A stretch of 64,000 nucleotides of DNA. It comes from the human T2T-CHM13v2.0 reference genome, Homo sapiens. The stretch's first letter is position 1. Each line of letters opens with the position of its first letter. Made by a program: the position numbers and the translations under genes. The notes under the pieces are model-generated. The model had not been told where the DNA came from, made no database searches, and saw nothing but the letters and a program-made list of their open reading frames with translations. Location of the stretch: assembly GCF_009914755.1 (NCBI RefSeq), contig NC_060943.1; one strand, 5' to 3'. Below, piece after piece: positions 40,621 to 55,400 of the stretch.

Positions 40621-43600
40621 AATCTGCAAGTGGATATTCGGAGCACTTTGAGGCCTTCATAGGAAACAGTAATATCTTTGCATAAAAACTAGATAGAAGC
40701 ATTGTCAGGAAGTTCTTTGTGATGTGTGAATTCAACTCACAGAGTTGAACCTTCCTTTAATAGAGCAGTTTTGAAACACTCTTTTTCTAGAATCTGCAAG
40801 TAGATATTTGGAGCGCTTGGAGGCCTTCTTTGGAAACCGGAATATCTTCACAGGAAATGTAGATAGAGGCATTCTCAGAAACTTTTTTGTGATATGTAGA
40901 TTCAACTCACAGCGTTGAACCTTTCTTTGGATGGAGCAGTTTTGAAAAACTCTTTTATCGAATCTGCAGGTAGACATTTGGGGTGCTTTGAGGGCTGTGG
41001 TGCAAAAGGAAATGTCTTCCCATAGAAACTAGACTGAAGCATTCTCAGCAACTTCTTTTGACGTTTGCATTCATCTCACAGTGTTGAACATACCTTTCCA
41101 TAGAGTAGTTTTGAAACACTGTTTTTGTAGAATCGGCAAGTGGATATTTGGACTGCTTTGAGGCCTTCATCGGAAACGGGAATATCTTCACATAAACACT
41201 AGAGAGAAGCATTCTCAGAAACTTCTTTGTGATCTGTCCATTCAACTCACAGAGTTGAACCTTCCTTTTTATGGAGCAGTTTTGAATCACTGTTTTTGGA
41301 GAATCTGCAAGTGGATATTTGGAGCGCTTTGAGGCCTATGGTAGAAAAAGAAATATCTGCCTCTAAAAACCAGACAGAAGCATTCCGAGAAACTTCTCTG
41401 TGATGTTTGCATTCAAGTAGCAGAGTTGAACCTTCCTTTTGATAGGGTAGTTTGGAAACACTCTTTTTGTAGAATTTGCATGTGGATATCTGGAGCGGTT
41501 TGAGGCCTACGGTCAAAAAGGAAATATCTTCCTGGGAAAAATAGACGAAAGCATTCTCAGAAACTGCTTTGTGATATGTGCATTCGAGTCACCGAGTTGA
41601 AACTTTTTTTTGATAGAGCAGTTTTGAAACACTCTGTAGAATCTGAAAGTGGATATTTGGAGCTCTTTGAGGGCTATGGCGGCAAAGAAACTATATTCAC
41701 ATTAAAGTAGACAGCAGCATTCTCAGAAACTTCTTTAGGATGTTTGCAGTAAACTCACAGAGTTGAACATACCTTTCCGTAGAGCAGTTTTGAAACACTC
41801 TGTTTGTGGGATCCGCAAGGGGATATTTGGACCGCTTTGAGACCTTTGCTGGAAATGGGAATATCTTCACATATAAACTAGACAGAAGCATTCTCAGAAA
41901 CTTCTTCGTGATGTGTGCATTCTACTCCCGAATTTGAATCTTCCTTTTCATGAAGCAGTTTTGAAACACTCTGTTTGTGCAATCCACAATTGGATAATTG
42001 GAACGCTTTGATGCCCATGGTAGAAAAGGAAATATCCTCATATAAAAACCAGACGGAAGGATTCACAGAAAATGCTTTGTGATGTGTGCATTCAAATCAC
42101 GGAGTTGAATCTTTCTTTTGTCAGAGCAGTTTTGAAACACTGTTTCTGTGGAATCTGCCAGCGGACACTTGGAGCGCTTTGAGGGCTATGGTGGAGAAGG
42201 AAATATCTTCCCATAAAAACTAGAAAGAAGCATTCTCAGAAACATTTATGTGAAGCGTGCATTCAACTCACAGAGTTGAACCTTCCTTTTGATACAACAG
42301 TTTTGAAACACTCTTTTGAACAATTGCAGGTGAATCTTTGGAGCGCTTTGAAGCCTTTGTTGGAAATGGGAATATCTTCACACACAAACTAGCCAGAAGC
42401 ATTCTCAGAAACTTCTTTGTGATGTGTGCGTTGAACCCAGAGAGATGAACCTTTCCTTGGATAGAGCAGTTTTGAAACGTGTTTTTGTAAGATCTGCAAG
42501 CGGATAATTGGCTTCGCTTTGTGTCCTTTGGTGGAAACGGGAATATCTTCTAATAAAAACTAGACAGAAATATTCTCAGAATCTCCTTTGTGATGTGGGC
42601 ATTCAACTAACACAGTTGAACATTTCTTTTCACAGAGCAGTTTTGAAACACTCTTTTGGTAGAATCTGCCAGTGGATATTTGGAGCGCTTTGAGGGCTGT
42701 TGTGCCAATGGAAATATCTGCCCCTAAAATCTAGACAGAAGCATTCTCAGAAACTACTTCGTGATGTTTGCATTCAACTCACAGAGTTGAACATACCTCT
42801 TCACAGAGCAGTTTTGAAAACCTCTTTTTGTAGAATCTGCAAGTGGATATTCGGAGCACTTTGAGGCCTTCATAGGAAACAGTAATATCTTCGCATAAAA
42901 ACTAGATAGAAGCATTGTCAGGAAGTTCTTTGTGATGTGTGAATTCAACTCACAGAGTTGAACTTTCCTTTAATAGAGCAGTGTTGAAACACTCTTTTTC
43001 TAGAATCTGCAAGTAGATATTTGGAGTGCTTGGAGGCCTTCGTTGGAAACCGGAATATCTTCACAGGAAATGTAGATAGAGGCATTCTCAGAAACTTTTT
43101 TGTGATATGTAGATTCAACTCACAGCGTTGAACCTTTCTTTGGATGGAGCAGTTTTGAAAAACTCTGTTATCGAATCTGCAGTTAGACATTTGGGGTGCT
43201 TTGAGGGCTGTGGTGCAAAAGGAAATGTCTTCCCATAGAAACTAGACTGAAGCATTCTCAGCAACTTCTTTTGACGTTTGCATTCATCTCACAGTGTTGA
43301 ACATACCTTTCCATAGAGTAGTTTTGAAACACTGTTTTTGTACAATCGGCAAGTGGATATTTGGACTGCTTTGAGGCCTTCATCGGAAACGGGAATATCT
43401 TAACATAAACACTAGAGAGAAGCATTCTCAGAAACTTCTTTGTGATCTGTCCATTCAACTCACAGAGTTGAACCTTCCTTTTTATGGAGCAGTTTTGAAT
43501 CACTGTTTTTGGAGAATCTGCAAGTGGATATTTGGAGCGCTTTGAGGCCTATGGTAGAAAAAGAAATATCTGCCTCTAAAAACCAGACAGAAGCATTCCG

Positions 43601-46600
43601 AGAAACTTCTCTGTGATGTTTGCATTCAACTAGCAGAGTTGAACCTTCCTTTTGATAGGGCAGTTTGGAAACACTCTTTTTGTAGAATCTGCATGTGGAT
43701 ATCTGGAGCGGTTTGAGGCCTACGGTCAAAAAGGAAATATCTTCCTGGGAAAAATAGACGAAAGCATTCTCAGAAACTGCTTTGTGATATGTGCATTCGA
43801 CTCACCGAGTTGAAAATTTTTTTTGATAGAGCAGTTTTGAAACACTCTGTAGAATCTGAAAGTGGATATTTGGAGCTCTTTGAGGGCTACGGCGGCAAAG
43901 AAACTATATTCACATTAAAGTAGACAGCAGCATTCTCAGAAACTTCTTTAGGATGTTTGCAGTAAACTCACAGAGTTGAACATACCTTTCCGTAGAGCAG
44001 TTTTGAAACACTCTGTTTGTGGGATCCGCAAGTGGATATTTGGACCGCTTTGAGACCTTTGCTGGAAATGGGAATATCTTCACATATAAACTAGACAGAA
44101 GCATTCTCAGAAACTTCTTCGTGATGTGTGCATTCTACTCCCGAATTTGAATCTTCCTTTTCATGAAGCAGTTTTGAAACACTCTGTTTGTGCAATCCAC
44201 AATTGGATAATTGGAACGCTTTGATGCCCATGGTAGAAAAGGAAATATCCTCATATAAAAACCAGACAGAAGGATTCACAGAAAATGCTTTGTGATGTGT
44301 GCATTCAAATCACGGAGTTGAATCTTTCTTTTGTCAGAGCAGTTTTGAAACACTGTTTCTGTGGAATCTGCCAGCGGACACTTGGAGCGCTTTGAGGGCT
44401 ATGGTGGAGAAGGAAATATCTTCCCATAAAAACTAGAAAGAAGCATTCTCAGAAACATTTATGTGAAGCGTGCATTCAACTCACAGAGTTGAACCTTCCT
44501 TTGGATACAACAGTTTTGAAACACTCTTTTGAACAATTGCAGGTGAATCTTTGGAGCGCTTTGAAGCCTTTGTTGGAAATGGGAATATCTTCACACACAA
44601 ACTAGCCAGAAGCATTCTCAGAAACTTCTTTGTGATGTGTGCGTTGAACCCAGAGAGATGAACCTTTCCTTTGATAGAGCAGTTTTGAAACGTGTTTTTG
44701 TAAGATCTGCAAGCGGATAATTGGCTTCGCTTTGTGTCCTTTGGTGGAAACGGGAATATCTTCTAATAAAAACTAGACAGAAATATTCTCAGAATCTCCT
44801 TTGTGATGTGGGCATTCAACTAACACAGTTGAACATTTCTTTTCACAGAGCAGTTTTGAAACACTCTTTTGGTAGAATCTGCCAGTGGATATTTGGAGCG
44901 CTTTGAGGGCTGTTGTGCCAATGGAAATATCTGCCCCTAAAATCTAGACAGAAGCATTCTCAGAAACTACTTCGTGATGTTTGCATTCAACTCACAGAGT
45001 TGAACATACCTCTTCACAGAGCAGTTTTGAAAACCTCTTTTTGTAGAATCTGCAAGTGGATATTCGGAGCACTTTGAGGCCTTCATAGGAAACAGTAATA
45101 TCTTCGCATAAAAACTAGATAGAAGCATTGTCAGGAAGTTCTTTGTGATGTGTGAATTCAACTCACAGAGTTGAACCTTCCTTTAATAGAGCAGTTTTGA
45201 AACACTCTTTTTCTAGAATCTGCAAGTAGATATTTGGAGCGCTTGGAGGCCTTCGTTGGAAACCGGAATATCTTCACAGGAAATGTAGATAGAGGCATTC
45301 TCAGAAACTTTTTTGTGATATGTAGATTCAACTCACAGCGTTGAACCTTTCTTTGGATGGAGCAGTTTTGAAAAACTCTTTTATCGAATCTGCAGGTAGA
45401 CATTTGGGGTGCTTTGAGGGCTGTGGTGCAAAAGGAAATGTCTTCCCATAGAAACTAGACTGAAGCATTCTCAGCAACTTCTTTGTGACGTTTGCATTCA
45501 TCTCACAGTGTTGAACATACCTTTCCATAGAGTAGTTTTGAAATACTGTTTTTGTAGAATCGGCAAGTGGATATTTGGACTGCTTTGAGGCCTTCATCGG
45601 AAACGGGAATATCTTCACATAAACACTAGAGAGAAGCATTCTCAGAAACTTCTTTGTGATCTGTCCATTCAACTCACAGAGTTGAACCTTCCTTTTTATG
45701 GAGCAGTTTTGAATCACTGTTTTTGGAGAATCTGGAAGTGGATATTTGGAGCGCTTTGAGGCCTATGGTAGAAAAAGAAATATCTGCCTCTAAAAACCAG
45801 ACAGAAACATTCCAAGAAACTTCTCTGTGATGTTTGCATTCAACTAGCAGAGTTGAACCTTCCTTTTGATAGGGCAGTTTGGAAATACTCTTTTTGTAGA
45901 ATCTGCATTTGGATATCTGGAGCGGTTTGAGGCCTACGGTCAAAAAGGGAATATCTTCCTGGGAAAAATAGACGAAAGCATTCTCAGAAACTGCTTTGTG
46001 ATATGTGCATTCGACTCACCGAGTTGAAACTTTTTTTTGATAGAGCAGTTTTGAAACACTCTGTAGAATCTGAAAGTGGATATTTGGAGCTCTTTGAGGG
46101 CTATGGCGGCAAAGAAACTATATTCACATTAAAGTAGACAGCAGCATTCTCAGAAACTTCTTTAGGATGTTTGCAGTAAACTCACAGAGTTGAACATACC
46201 TTTCCGTAGAGCAGTTTTGAAACACTCTGTTTGTGGGATCCGCAAGGGGATATTTGGACCGCTTTGAGACCTTTGCTGGAAATGGGAATATCTTCACATA
46301 TAAACTAGACAGAAGCATTCTCAGAAACTTCTTCGTGATGTGTGCATTCTACTCCCGAATTTGAATCTTCCTTTTCATGAAGCAGTTTTGAAACACTCTG
46401 TTTGTGCAATCCACAGTTGGATAATTGGAACGCTTTGATGCCCATGGTAGAAAAGGAAATATCCTCATATAAAAACTAGACAGAAGGATTCACAGAAAAT
46501 GCTTTGTGATGTGTGCATTCAAATCACGGAGTTGAATCTTTCTTTTGTCAGAGCAGTTTTGAAACACTGTTTCTGTGGAATCTGCCAGCGGACACTTGGA

Positions 46601-49470
46601 GCGCTTTGAGGGCTATGGTGGAGAAGGAAATATCTTCCCATAAAAACTAGAAAGAAGCATTCTCAGAAACATTTATGTGAAGCGTGCATTCAACTCACAG
46701 AGTTGAACCTTCCCTTTGATACAACAGTTTTGAAACACTCTTTTGAACAATTGCAGGTGAATCTTTGGAGCGCTTTGAAGCCTTTGTTGGAAATGGGAAT
46801 ATCTTCACACACAAACTAGCCAGAAGCATTCTCAGAAACTTCTTTGTGATGTGTGCGTTGAACCCAGAGAGATGAACCTTTCCTTGGATAGAGCAGTTTT
46901 GAAACGTGTTTTTGTAAGATCTGCAAGCGGATAATTGGCTTCGCTTTGTGTCCTTTGGTGGAAACGGGAATATCTTCTAATAAAAACTAGACAGAAATAT
47001 TCTCAGAATCTCCTTTGTGATGTGGGCATTCAACTAACACAGTTGAACATTTCTTTTCACAGAGCAGTTTTGAAACACTCTTTTGGTAGAATCTGCCAGT
47101 GGATATTTGGAGCGCTTTGAGGGCTGTTGTGCCAATGGAAATATCTGCCCCTAAAATCTAGACAGAAGCATTCTCAGAAACTACTTCGTGATGTTTGCAT
47201 TCAACTCACAGAGTTGAACATACCTCTTCACAGAGCAGTTTTGAAAACCTCTTTTTGTAGAATCTGCAAGTGGATATTCGGAGCACTTTGAGGCCTTCAT
47301 AGGAAACAGTAATATCTTCGCATAAAAACTAGATAGAAGCATTGTCAGGAAGTTCTTTGTGATGTGTGAATTCAACTCACAGAGTTGAACCTTCCTTTAA
47401 TAGAGCAGTTTTGAAACACTCTTTTTCTAGAATCTGCAAGTAGATATTTGGAGCGCTTGGAGGCCTTCGTTGGAAACCGGAATATCTTCACAGGAAATGT
47501 AGATAGAGGCATTCTCAGAAACTTTTTTGTGATATGTAGATTCAACTCACAGCGTTGAACCTTTCTTTGGATGGAGCAGTTTTGAAAAACTCTTTTATCG
47601 AATCTGCAGGTAGACATTTGGGGTGCTTTGAGGGCTGTGGTGCAAAAGGAAATGTCTTCCCATAGAAACTAGACTGAAGCATTCTCAGCAACTTCTTTGT
47701 GACGTTTGCATTCATCTCACAGTGTTGAACATACCTTTCCATAGAGTAGTTTTGAAATACTGTTTTTGTAGAATCGGCAAGTGGATATTTGGACTGCTTT
47801 GAGGCCTTCATCGGAAACGGGAATATCTTCACATAAACACTAGAGAGAAGCATTCTCAGAAACTTCTTTGTGATCTGTCCATTCAACTCACAGAGTTGAA
47901 CCTTCCTTTTTATGGAGCAGTTTTGAATCACTGTTTTTGGAGAATCTGCAAGTGGATATTTGGAGCGCTTTGAGGCCTATGGTAGAAAAAGAAATATCTG
48001 CCTCTAAAAACCAGACAGAAACATTCCAAGAAACTTCTCTGTGATGTTTGCATTCAACTAGCAGAGTTGAACCTTCCTTTTGATAGGGCAGTTTGGAAAT
48101 ACTCTTTTTGTAGAATCTGCATTTGGATATCTGGAGCGGTTTGAGGCCTACGGTCAAAAAGGAAATATCTTCCTGGGAAAAATAGACGAAAGCATTCTCA
48201 GAAAGTGCTTTGTGATATGTGCATTCGACTCACCGAGTTGAAACTTTTTTTTGATAGAGCAGTTTTGAAACACTCTGTAGAATCTGAAAGTGGATATTTG
48301 GAACTCTTTGAGGGCTATGGCGGCAAAGAAACTATATTCACATTAAAGTAGACAGCAGCATTCTCAGAAACTTCTTTAGGATGTTTGCAGTAAACTCACA
48401 GAGTTGAACATACCTTTCCGTAGAGCAGTTTTGAAACACTCTGTTTGTGGGATCCGCAAGGGGATATTTGGACCGCTTTGAGACCTTTGCTGGAAATGGG
48501 AATATCTTCACATATAAACTAGACAGAAGCATTCTCAGAAACTTCTTCGTGATGTGTGCATTCTACTCCCGAATTTGAATCTTCCTTTTCATGAAGCAGT
48601 TTTGAAACACTCTGTTTGTGCAATCCACAGTTGGATAATTGGAACGCTTTGATGCCCATGGTAGAAAAGGAAATATCCTCATATAAAAACTAGACAGAAG
48701 GATTCACAGAAAATGCTTTGTGATGTGTGCATTCAAATCACGGAGTTGAATCTTTCTTTTGTCAGAGCAGTTTTGAAACACTGTTTCTGTGGAATCTGCC
48801 AGCGGACACTTGGAGCGCTTTGAGGGCTATGGTGGAGAAGGAAATATCTTCCCATAAAAACTAGAAAGAAGCATTCTCAGAAACATTTATGTGAAGCGTG
48901 CATTCAACTCACAGAGTTGAACCTTCCCTTTGATACAACAGTTTTGAAACACTCTTTTGAACAATTGCAGGTGAATCTTTGGAGCGCTTTGAAGCCTTTG
49001 TTGGAAATGGGAATATCTTCACACACAAACTAGCCAGAAGCATTCTCAGAAACTTCTTTGTGATGTGTGCGTTGAACCCAGAGAGATGAACCTTTCCTTG
49101 GATAGAGCAGTTTTGAAACGTGTTTTTGTAAGATCTGCAAGCGGATAATTGGCTTCGCTTTGTGTCCTTTGGTGGAAACGGGAATATCTTCTAATAAAAA
49201 CTAGACAGAAATATTCTCAGAATCTCCTTTGTGATGTGGGCATTCAACTAACACAGTTGAACATTTCTTTTCAGAGAGCAGTTTTGAAACACTCTTTTGG
49301 TAGAATCTGCCAGTGGATATTTGGAGCGCTTTGAGGGCTGTTGTGCCAATGGAAATATCTGCCCCTAAAATCTAGACAGAAGCATTCTCAGAAACTACTT
49401 CGTGATGTTTGCAATCAACTCACAGAGTTGAACATACCTCTTCACAGAGCAGTTTTGAAAACCTCTTTTT
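40621..49470 (+). repeat. 4-HOR super-repeat (8854 bp), copy 2; ends uncertain by about 60 bp
   Basis: Same variant series as copy 1; ORF-track variants also pair at +8854 (32191/41045, 34404/43258, 36820/45674, 40295/49149). Confidence 0.92.
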
Positions 49471-52400
49471 GTAGAATCTGCAAGTGGATATTCGGAGCAC
49501 TTTGAGGCCTTCATAGGAAACAGTAATATCTTCGCATAAAAATTAGATAGAAGCATTGTCAGGAAGTTCTTTGTGATGTGTGAATTCAACTCACAGAGTT
49601 GAACCTTCCTTTAATAGAGCAGTTTTGAAACACTCTTTTTCTAGAATCTGCAAGTAGATATTTGGAGCGCTTGGAGGCCTTCGTTGGAAACCGGAATATC
49701 TTCACAGGAAATGTAGATAGAGGCATTCTCAGAAACTTTTTTGTGATATGTAGATTCAACTCACAGCGTTGAACCTTTCTTTGGATGGAGCAGTTTTGAA
49801 AAACTCTTTTATCGAATCTGCAGGTAGACATTTGGGGTGCTTTGAGGGCTGTGGTGCAAAAGGAAATGTCTTCCCATAGAAACTAGACTGAAGCATTCTC
49901 AGCAACTTCTTTGTGACGTTTGCATTCATCTCACAGTGTTGAACATACCTTTCCATAGAGTAGTTTTGAAACACTGTTTGTGTAGAATCGGCAAGTGGAT
50001 ATTTGGACTGCTTTGAGGCCTTCATCGGAAACGGGAATATCTTCACATAAACACTAGAGAGAAGCATTCTCAGAAACTTCTTTGTGATCTGTCCATTCAA
50101 CTCACAGAGTTGAACCTTCCTTTTTATGGAGCAGTTTTGAATCACTGTTTTTGGAGAATCTGCAAGTGGATATTTGGAGCGCTTTGAGGCCTATGGTAGA
50201 AAAAGAAATATCTGCCTCTAAAAACCAGACAGAAGCATTCCGAGAAACTTCTCTGTGATGTTTGCATTCAACTAGCAGAGTTGAACCTTCCTTTTGATAG
50301 GGCAGTTTGGAAACACTCTTTTTGTAGAATCTGCATGTGGATATCTGGAGCGGTTTGAGGCCTACGGTCAAAAAGGAAATATCTTCCTGGGAAAAATAGA
50401 CGAAAGCATTCTCAGAAACTGCTTTGTGATATGTGCATTCGACTCACCGAGTTGAAACTTTTTTTTGATAGAGCAGTTTTGAAACACTCTGTAGAATCTG
50501 AAAGTGGATATTTGGAGCTCTTTGAGGGCTATGGCAGAAAAGAAAATATATTCACATTAAAGTAGACAGCAGCATTCTCAGAAACTTCTTTAGGATGTTT
50601 GCAGTAAACTCACAGAGTTGAACATACCTTTCCGTAGAGCAGTTTTGAAACACTCTGTTTGTGGGATCCGCAAGGGGATATTTGGACCGCTTTGAGACCT
50701 TTGCTGGAAATGGGAATATCTTCACATATAAACTAGACAGAAGCATTCTCAGAAACTTCTTCGTGATGTGTGCATTCTACTCCCAAATTTGAATCTTCCT
50801 TTTCATGAAGCAGTTTTGAAACACTCTGTTTGTGCAATCCACAATTGGATAATTGGAACGCTTTGATGCCCATGGTAGAAAAGGAAATATCCTCATATAA
50901 AAACTAGACAGAAGGATTCACAGAAAATGCTTTGTGATGTGTGCATTCAAATCACGGAGTTGAATCTTTCTTTTGTCAGAGCAGTTTTGAAACACTGTTT
51001 CTGTGGAATCTGCCAGCGGACACTTGGAGCGCTTTGAGGGCTGTGGTGGAGAAGGAAATATCTTCCCATAAAAACTAGAAAGAAGCATTCTCAGAAACAT
51101 TTATGTGAAGCGTGCATTCAACTCACAGAGTTGAACCTTCCTTTTGATAGAACAGTTTTGAAACACTCTTTTGAACAATTGCAGGTGAATCTTTGGAGCG
51201 CTTTGAAGCCTTTGTTGGAAATGGGAATATCTTCACACACAAACTAGCCAGAAGCATTCTCAGAAACTTCTTTGTGATGTGTGAGTTGAACCCAGAGAGA
51301 TGAACCTTTCCTTGGATAGAGCAGTTTTGAAACGTGTTTTTGTAAGATCTGCAAGTGGATAATTGGCTTCGCTTTGTGTCCTTTGGTGGAAACGGGAATA
51401 TCTTCTAATAAAAACTAGACAGAAATATTCTCAGAATCTCCTTTGTGATGTGGGCATTCAACTAACACAGTTGAACATTTCTTTTCACAGAGCAGTTTTG
51501 AAACACTCTTTTGGTCGAATCTGCCAGTGGATATTTGGAGCGCTTTGAGGGCTGTTGTGCCAATGGAAATATCTGCCCCTAAAATCTAGACAGAAGCATT
51601 CTCAGAAACTACTTCGTGATGTTTGCATTCAACTCACAGAGTTGAACATACCTCTTCACAGAGCAGTTTTGAAAACCTCTTTTTGTAGAATCTGCAAGTG
51701 GATATTCGGAGCACTTTGAGGCCTTCATAGGAAACAGTAATATCTTCGCATAAAAACTAGATAGAAGCATTGTCAGGAAGTTCTTTGTGATGTGTGAATT
51801 CAACTCACAGAGTTGAACCTTCCTTTAATAGAGCAGTTTTGAAACACTCTTTTTCTAGAATCTGCAAGTAGATATTTGGAGCGCTTGGAGGCCTTCGTTG
51901 GAAACCGGAATATCTTCACAGGAAATGTAGATAGAGGCATTCTCAGAAACTTTTTTGTGATATGTAGATTCAACTCACAGCGTTGAACCTTTCTTTGGAT
52001 GGAGCAGTTTTGAAAAACTCTTTTATCGAATCTGCAGGTAGACATTTGTGGTGCTTTGAGGGCTGTGGTGCAAAAGGAAATGTCTTCCCATAGAAACTAG
52101 ACTGAAGCATTCTCAGCAACTTCTTTGTGACGTTTGCATTCATCTCACAGTGTTGAACATACCTTTCCATAGAGTAGTTTTGAAACACTGTTTTTGTAGA
52201 ATCGGCAAGTGGATATTTGGACTGCTTTGAGGCCTTCATCGGAAACGGGAATATCTTCACATAAACACTAGAGAGAAGCATTCTCAGAAACTTCTTTGTG
52301 ATCTGTCCATTCAACTCACAGAGTTGAACCTTCCTTTTTATGGAGCAGTTTTGAATCACTGTTTTTGGAGAATCTGCAAGTGGATATTTGGAGCGCTTTG

Positions 52401-55400
52401 AGGCCTATGGTAGAAAAAGAAATATCTGCCTCTAAAAACCAGACAGAAGCATTCCGAGAAACTTCTCTGTGATGTTTGCATTCAACTAGCAGAGTTGAAC
52501 CTTCCTTTTGATAGGGCAGTTTGGAAACACTCTTTTTGTAGAATCTGCATGTGGATATCTGGAGCGGTTTGAGGCCTACGGTCAAAAAGGAAATATCTTC
52601 CTGGGAAAAATAGACGAAAGCATTCTCAGCAACTGCTTTGTGATATGTGCATTCGACTCACCGAGTTGAAACTTTTTTTTGATAGAGCAGTTTTGAAACA
52701 CTCTGTAGAATCTGAAAGTGGATATTTGGAGATCTTTGAGGGCTATGGCGGAAAAGAAAATATATTCACATTAAAGTAGACAGCAGCATTCTCAGTAACT
52801 TCTTTAGGATGTTTGCAGTAAACTCACAGAGTTGAACATACCTTTCCGTAGAGCAGTTTTGAAACACTCTGTTTGTGGGATCCGCAAGGGGATATTTGGA
52901 CCGCTTTGAGACCTTTGCTGGAAATGGGAATATCTTCACATATAAACTAGACAGAAGCATTCTCAGAAACTTCTTCGTGATGTGTGCATTCTACTCCCAA
53001 ATTTGAATCTTCCTTTTCATGAAGCAGTTTTGAAACACTCTGTTTGTGCAATCCACAATTGGATAATTGGAACGCTTTGATGCCCATGGTAGAAAAGGAA
53101 ATATCCTCATATAAAAACTAGACAGAAGGATTCACAGAAAATGCTTTGTGATGTGTGCATTCAAATCACGGAGTTGAATCTTTCTTTTGTCAGAGCAGTT
53201 TTGAAACACTGTTTCTGTGGAATCTGCCAGCGGACACTTGGAGCGCTTTGAGGGCTGTGGTGGAGAAGGAAATATCTTCCCATAAAAACTAGAAAGAAGC
53301 ATTCTCAGAAACATTTATGTGAAGCGTGCATTCAACTCACAGAGTTGAACCTTCCTTTTGATAGAACAGTTTTGAAACACTCTTTTGAACAATTGCAGGT
53401 GAATCTTTGGAGCGCTTTGAAGCCTTTGTTGGAAATGGGAATATCTTCACACACAAACTAGCCAGAAGCATTCTCAGAAACTTCTTTGTGATATGTGAGT
53501 TGAACCCAGAGAGATGAACCTTTCCTTGGATAGAGCAGTTTTGAAACGTGTTTTTGTAAGATCTGCAAGTGGATAATTGGCTTCGCTTTGTGTCCTTTGG
53601 TGGAAACGGGAATATCTTCTAATAAAAACTAGACAGAAATATTCTCAGAATCTCCTTTGTGATGTGGGCATTCAACTAACACAGTTGAACATTTCTTTTC
53701 ACAGAGCAGTTTTGAAACACTCTTTTGGTCGAATCTGCCAGTGGATATTTGGAGCGCTTTGAGGGCTGTTGTGCCAATGGAAATATCTGCCCCTAAAATC
53801 TAGACAGAAGCATTCTCAGAAACTACATCATGATGTTTGCATTCAACTCACAGAGTTGAACATACCTCTTCACAGAGCAGTTTTGAAAACCTCTTTTTGT
53901 AGAATCTGCAAGTGGATATTCGGAGCACTTTGAGGCCTTCATAGGAAACAGTAATATCTTCGCATAAAAACTAGATAGAAGCATTGTCAGGAAGTTCTTT
54001 GTGATGTGTGAATTCAACTCACAGAGTTGAACCTTCCTTTAATAGAGCAGTTTTGAAACACTCTTTTTCTAGAATCTGCAAGTAGATATTTGGAGCGCTT
54101 GGAGGCCTTCGTTGTAAACCGGAATATCTTCACAGGAAATGTAGATAGAGGCATTCTCAGAAACTTTTTTGTGATATGTAGATTCAACTCACAGCGTTGA
54201 ACCTTTCTTTGGATGGAGCAGTTTTGAAAAACTCTTTTATCGAATCTGCAGGTAGACATTTGGGGTGCTTTGAGGGCTGTGGTGCAAAAGGAAATGTCTT
54301 CCCATAGAAACTAGACTGAAGCATTCTCAGCAACTTCTTTGTGACGTTTGCATTCATCTCACAGTGTTGAACATACCTTTCCATAGAGTAGTTTTGAAAC
54401 ACTGTTTTTGTAGAATCGGCAAGTGGATATTTGGACTGCTTTGAGGCCTTCATCGGGAACGGGAATATCTTCACATAAACACTAGAGAGAAGCATTCTCA
54501 GAAACTTCTTTGTGATCTGTCCATTCAACTCACAGAGTTGAACCTTCCTTTTTATGGAGCAGTTTTGAATCACTGTTTTTGGAGAATCTGCAAGTGGATA
54601 TTTGGAGCGCTTTGAGGCCTATGGTAGAAAAAGAAATATCTGCCTCTAAAAACCAGACAGAAGCATTCCGAGAAACTTCTCTGTGATGTTTGCATTCAAC
54701 TAGCAGAGTTGAACCTTCCTTTTGATAGGGCAGTTTGGAAACACTCTTTTTGTAGAATCTGCATGTGGATATCTGGAGCGGTTTGAGGCCTACGGTCAAA
54801 AAGGAAATATCTTCCTGGGAAAAATAGACGAAAGCATTCTCAGCAACTGCTTTGTGATATGTGCATTCGACTCACCGAGTTGAAACTTTTTTTTGATAGA
54901 GCAGTTTTGAAACACTCTGTAGAATCTGAAAGTGGATATTTGGAGATCTTTGAGGGCTATGGCGGAAAAGAAAATATATTCACATTAAAGTAGACAGCAG
55001 CATTCTCAGTAACTTCTTTAGGATGTTTGCAGTAAACTCACAGAGTTGAACATACCTTTCCGTAGAGCAGTTTTGAAACACTCTGTTTGTGGGATCCGCA
55101 AGGGGATATTTGGACCGCTTTGAGACCTTTGCTGGAAATGGGAATATCTTCACATATAAACTAGACAGAAGCATTCTCAGAAACTTCTTCGTGATGTGTG
55201 CATTCTACTCCCAAATTTGAATCTTCCTTTTCATGAAGCAGTTTTGAAACACTCTGTTTGTGCAATCCACAATTGGATAATTGGAACGCTTTGATGCCCA
55301 TGGTAGAAAAGGAAATATCCTCATATAAAAACTAGACAGAAGGATTCACAGAAAATGCTTTGTGATGTGTGCATTCAAATCACGGAGTTGAATCTTTCTT

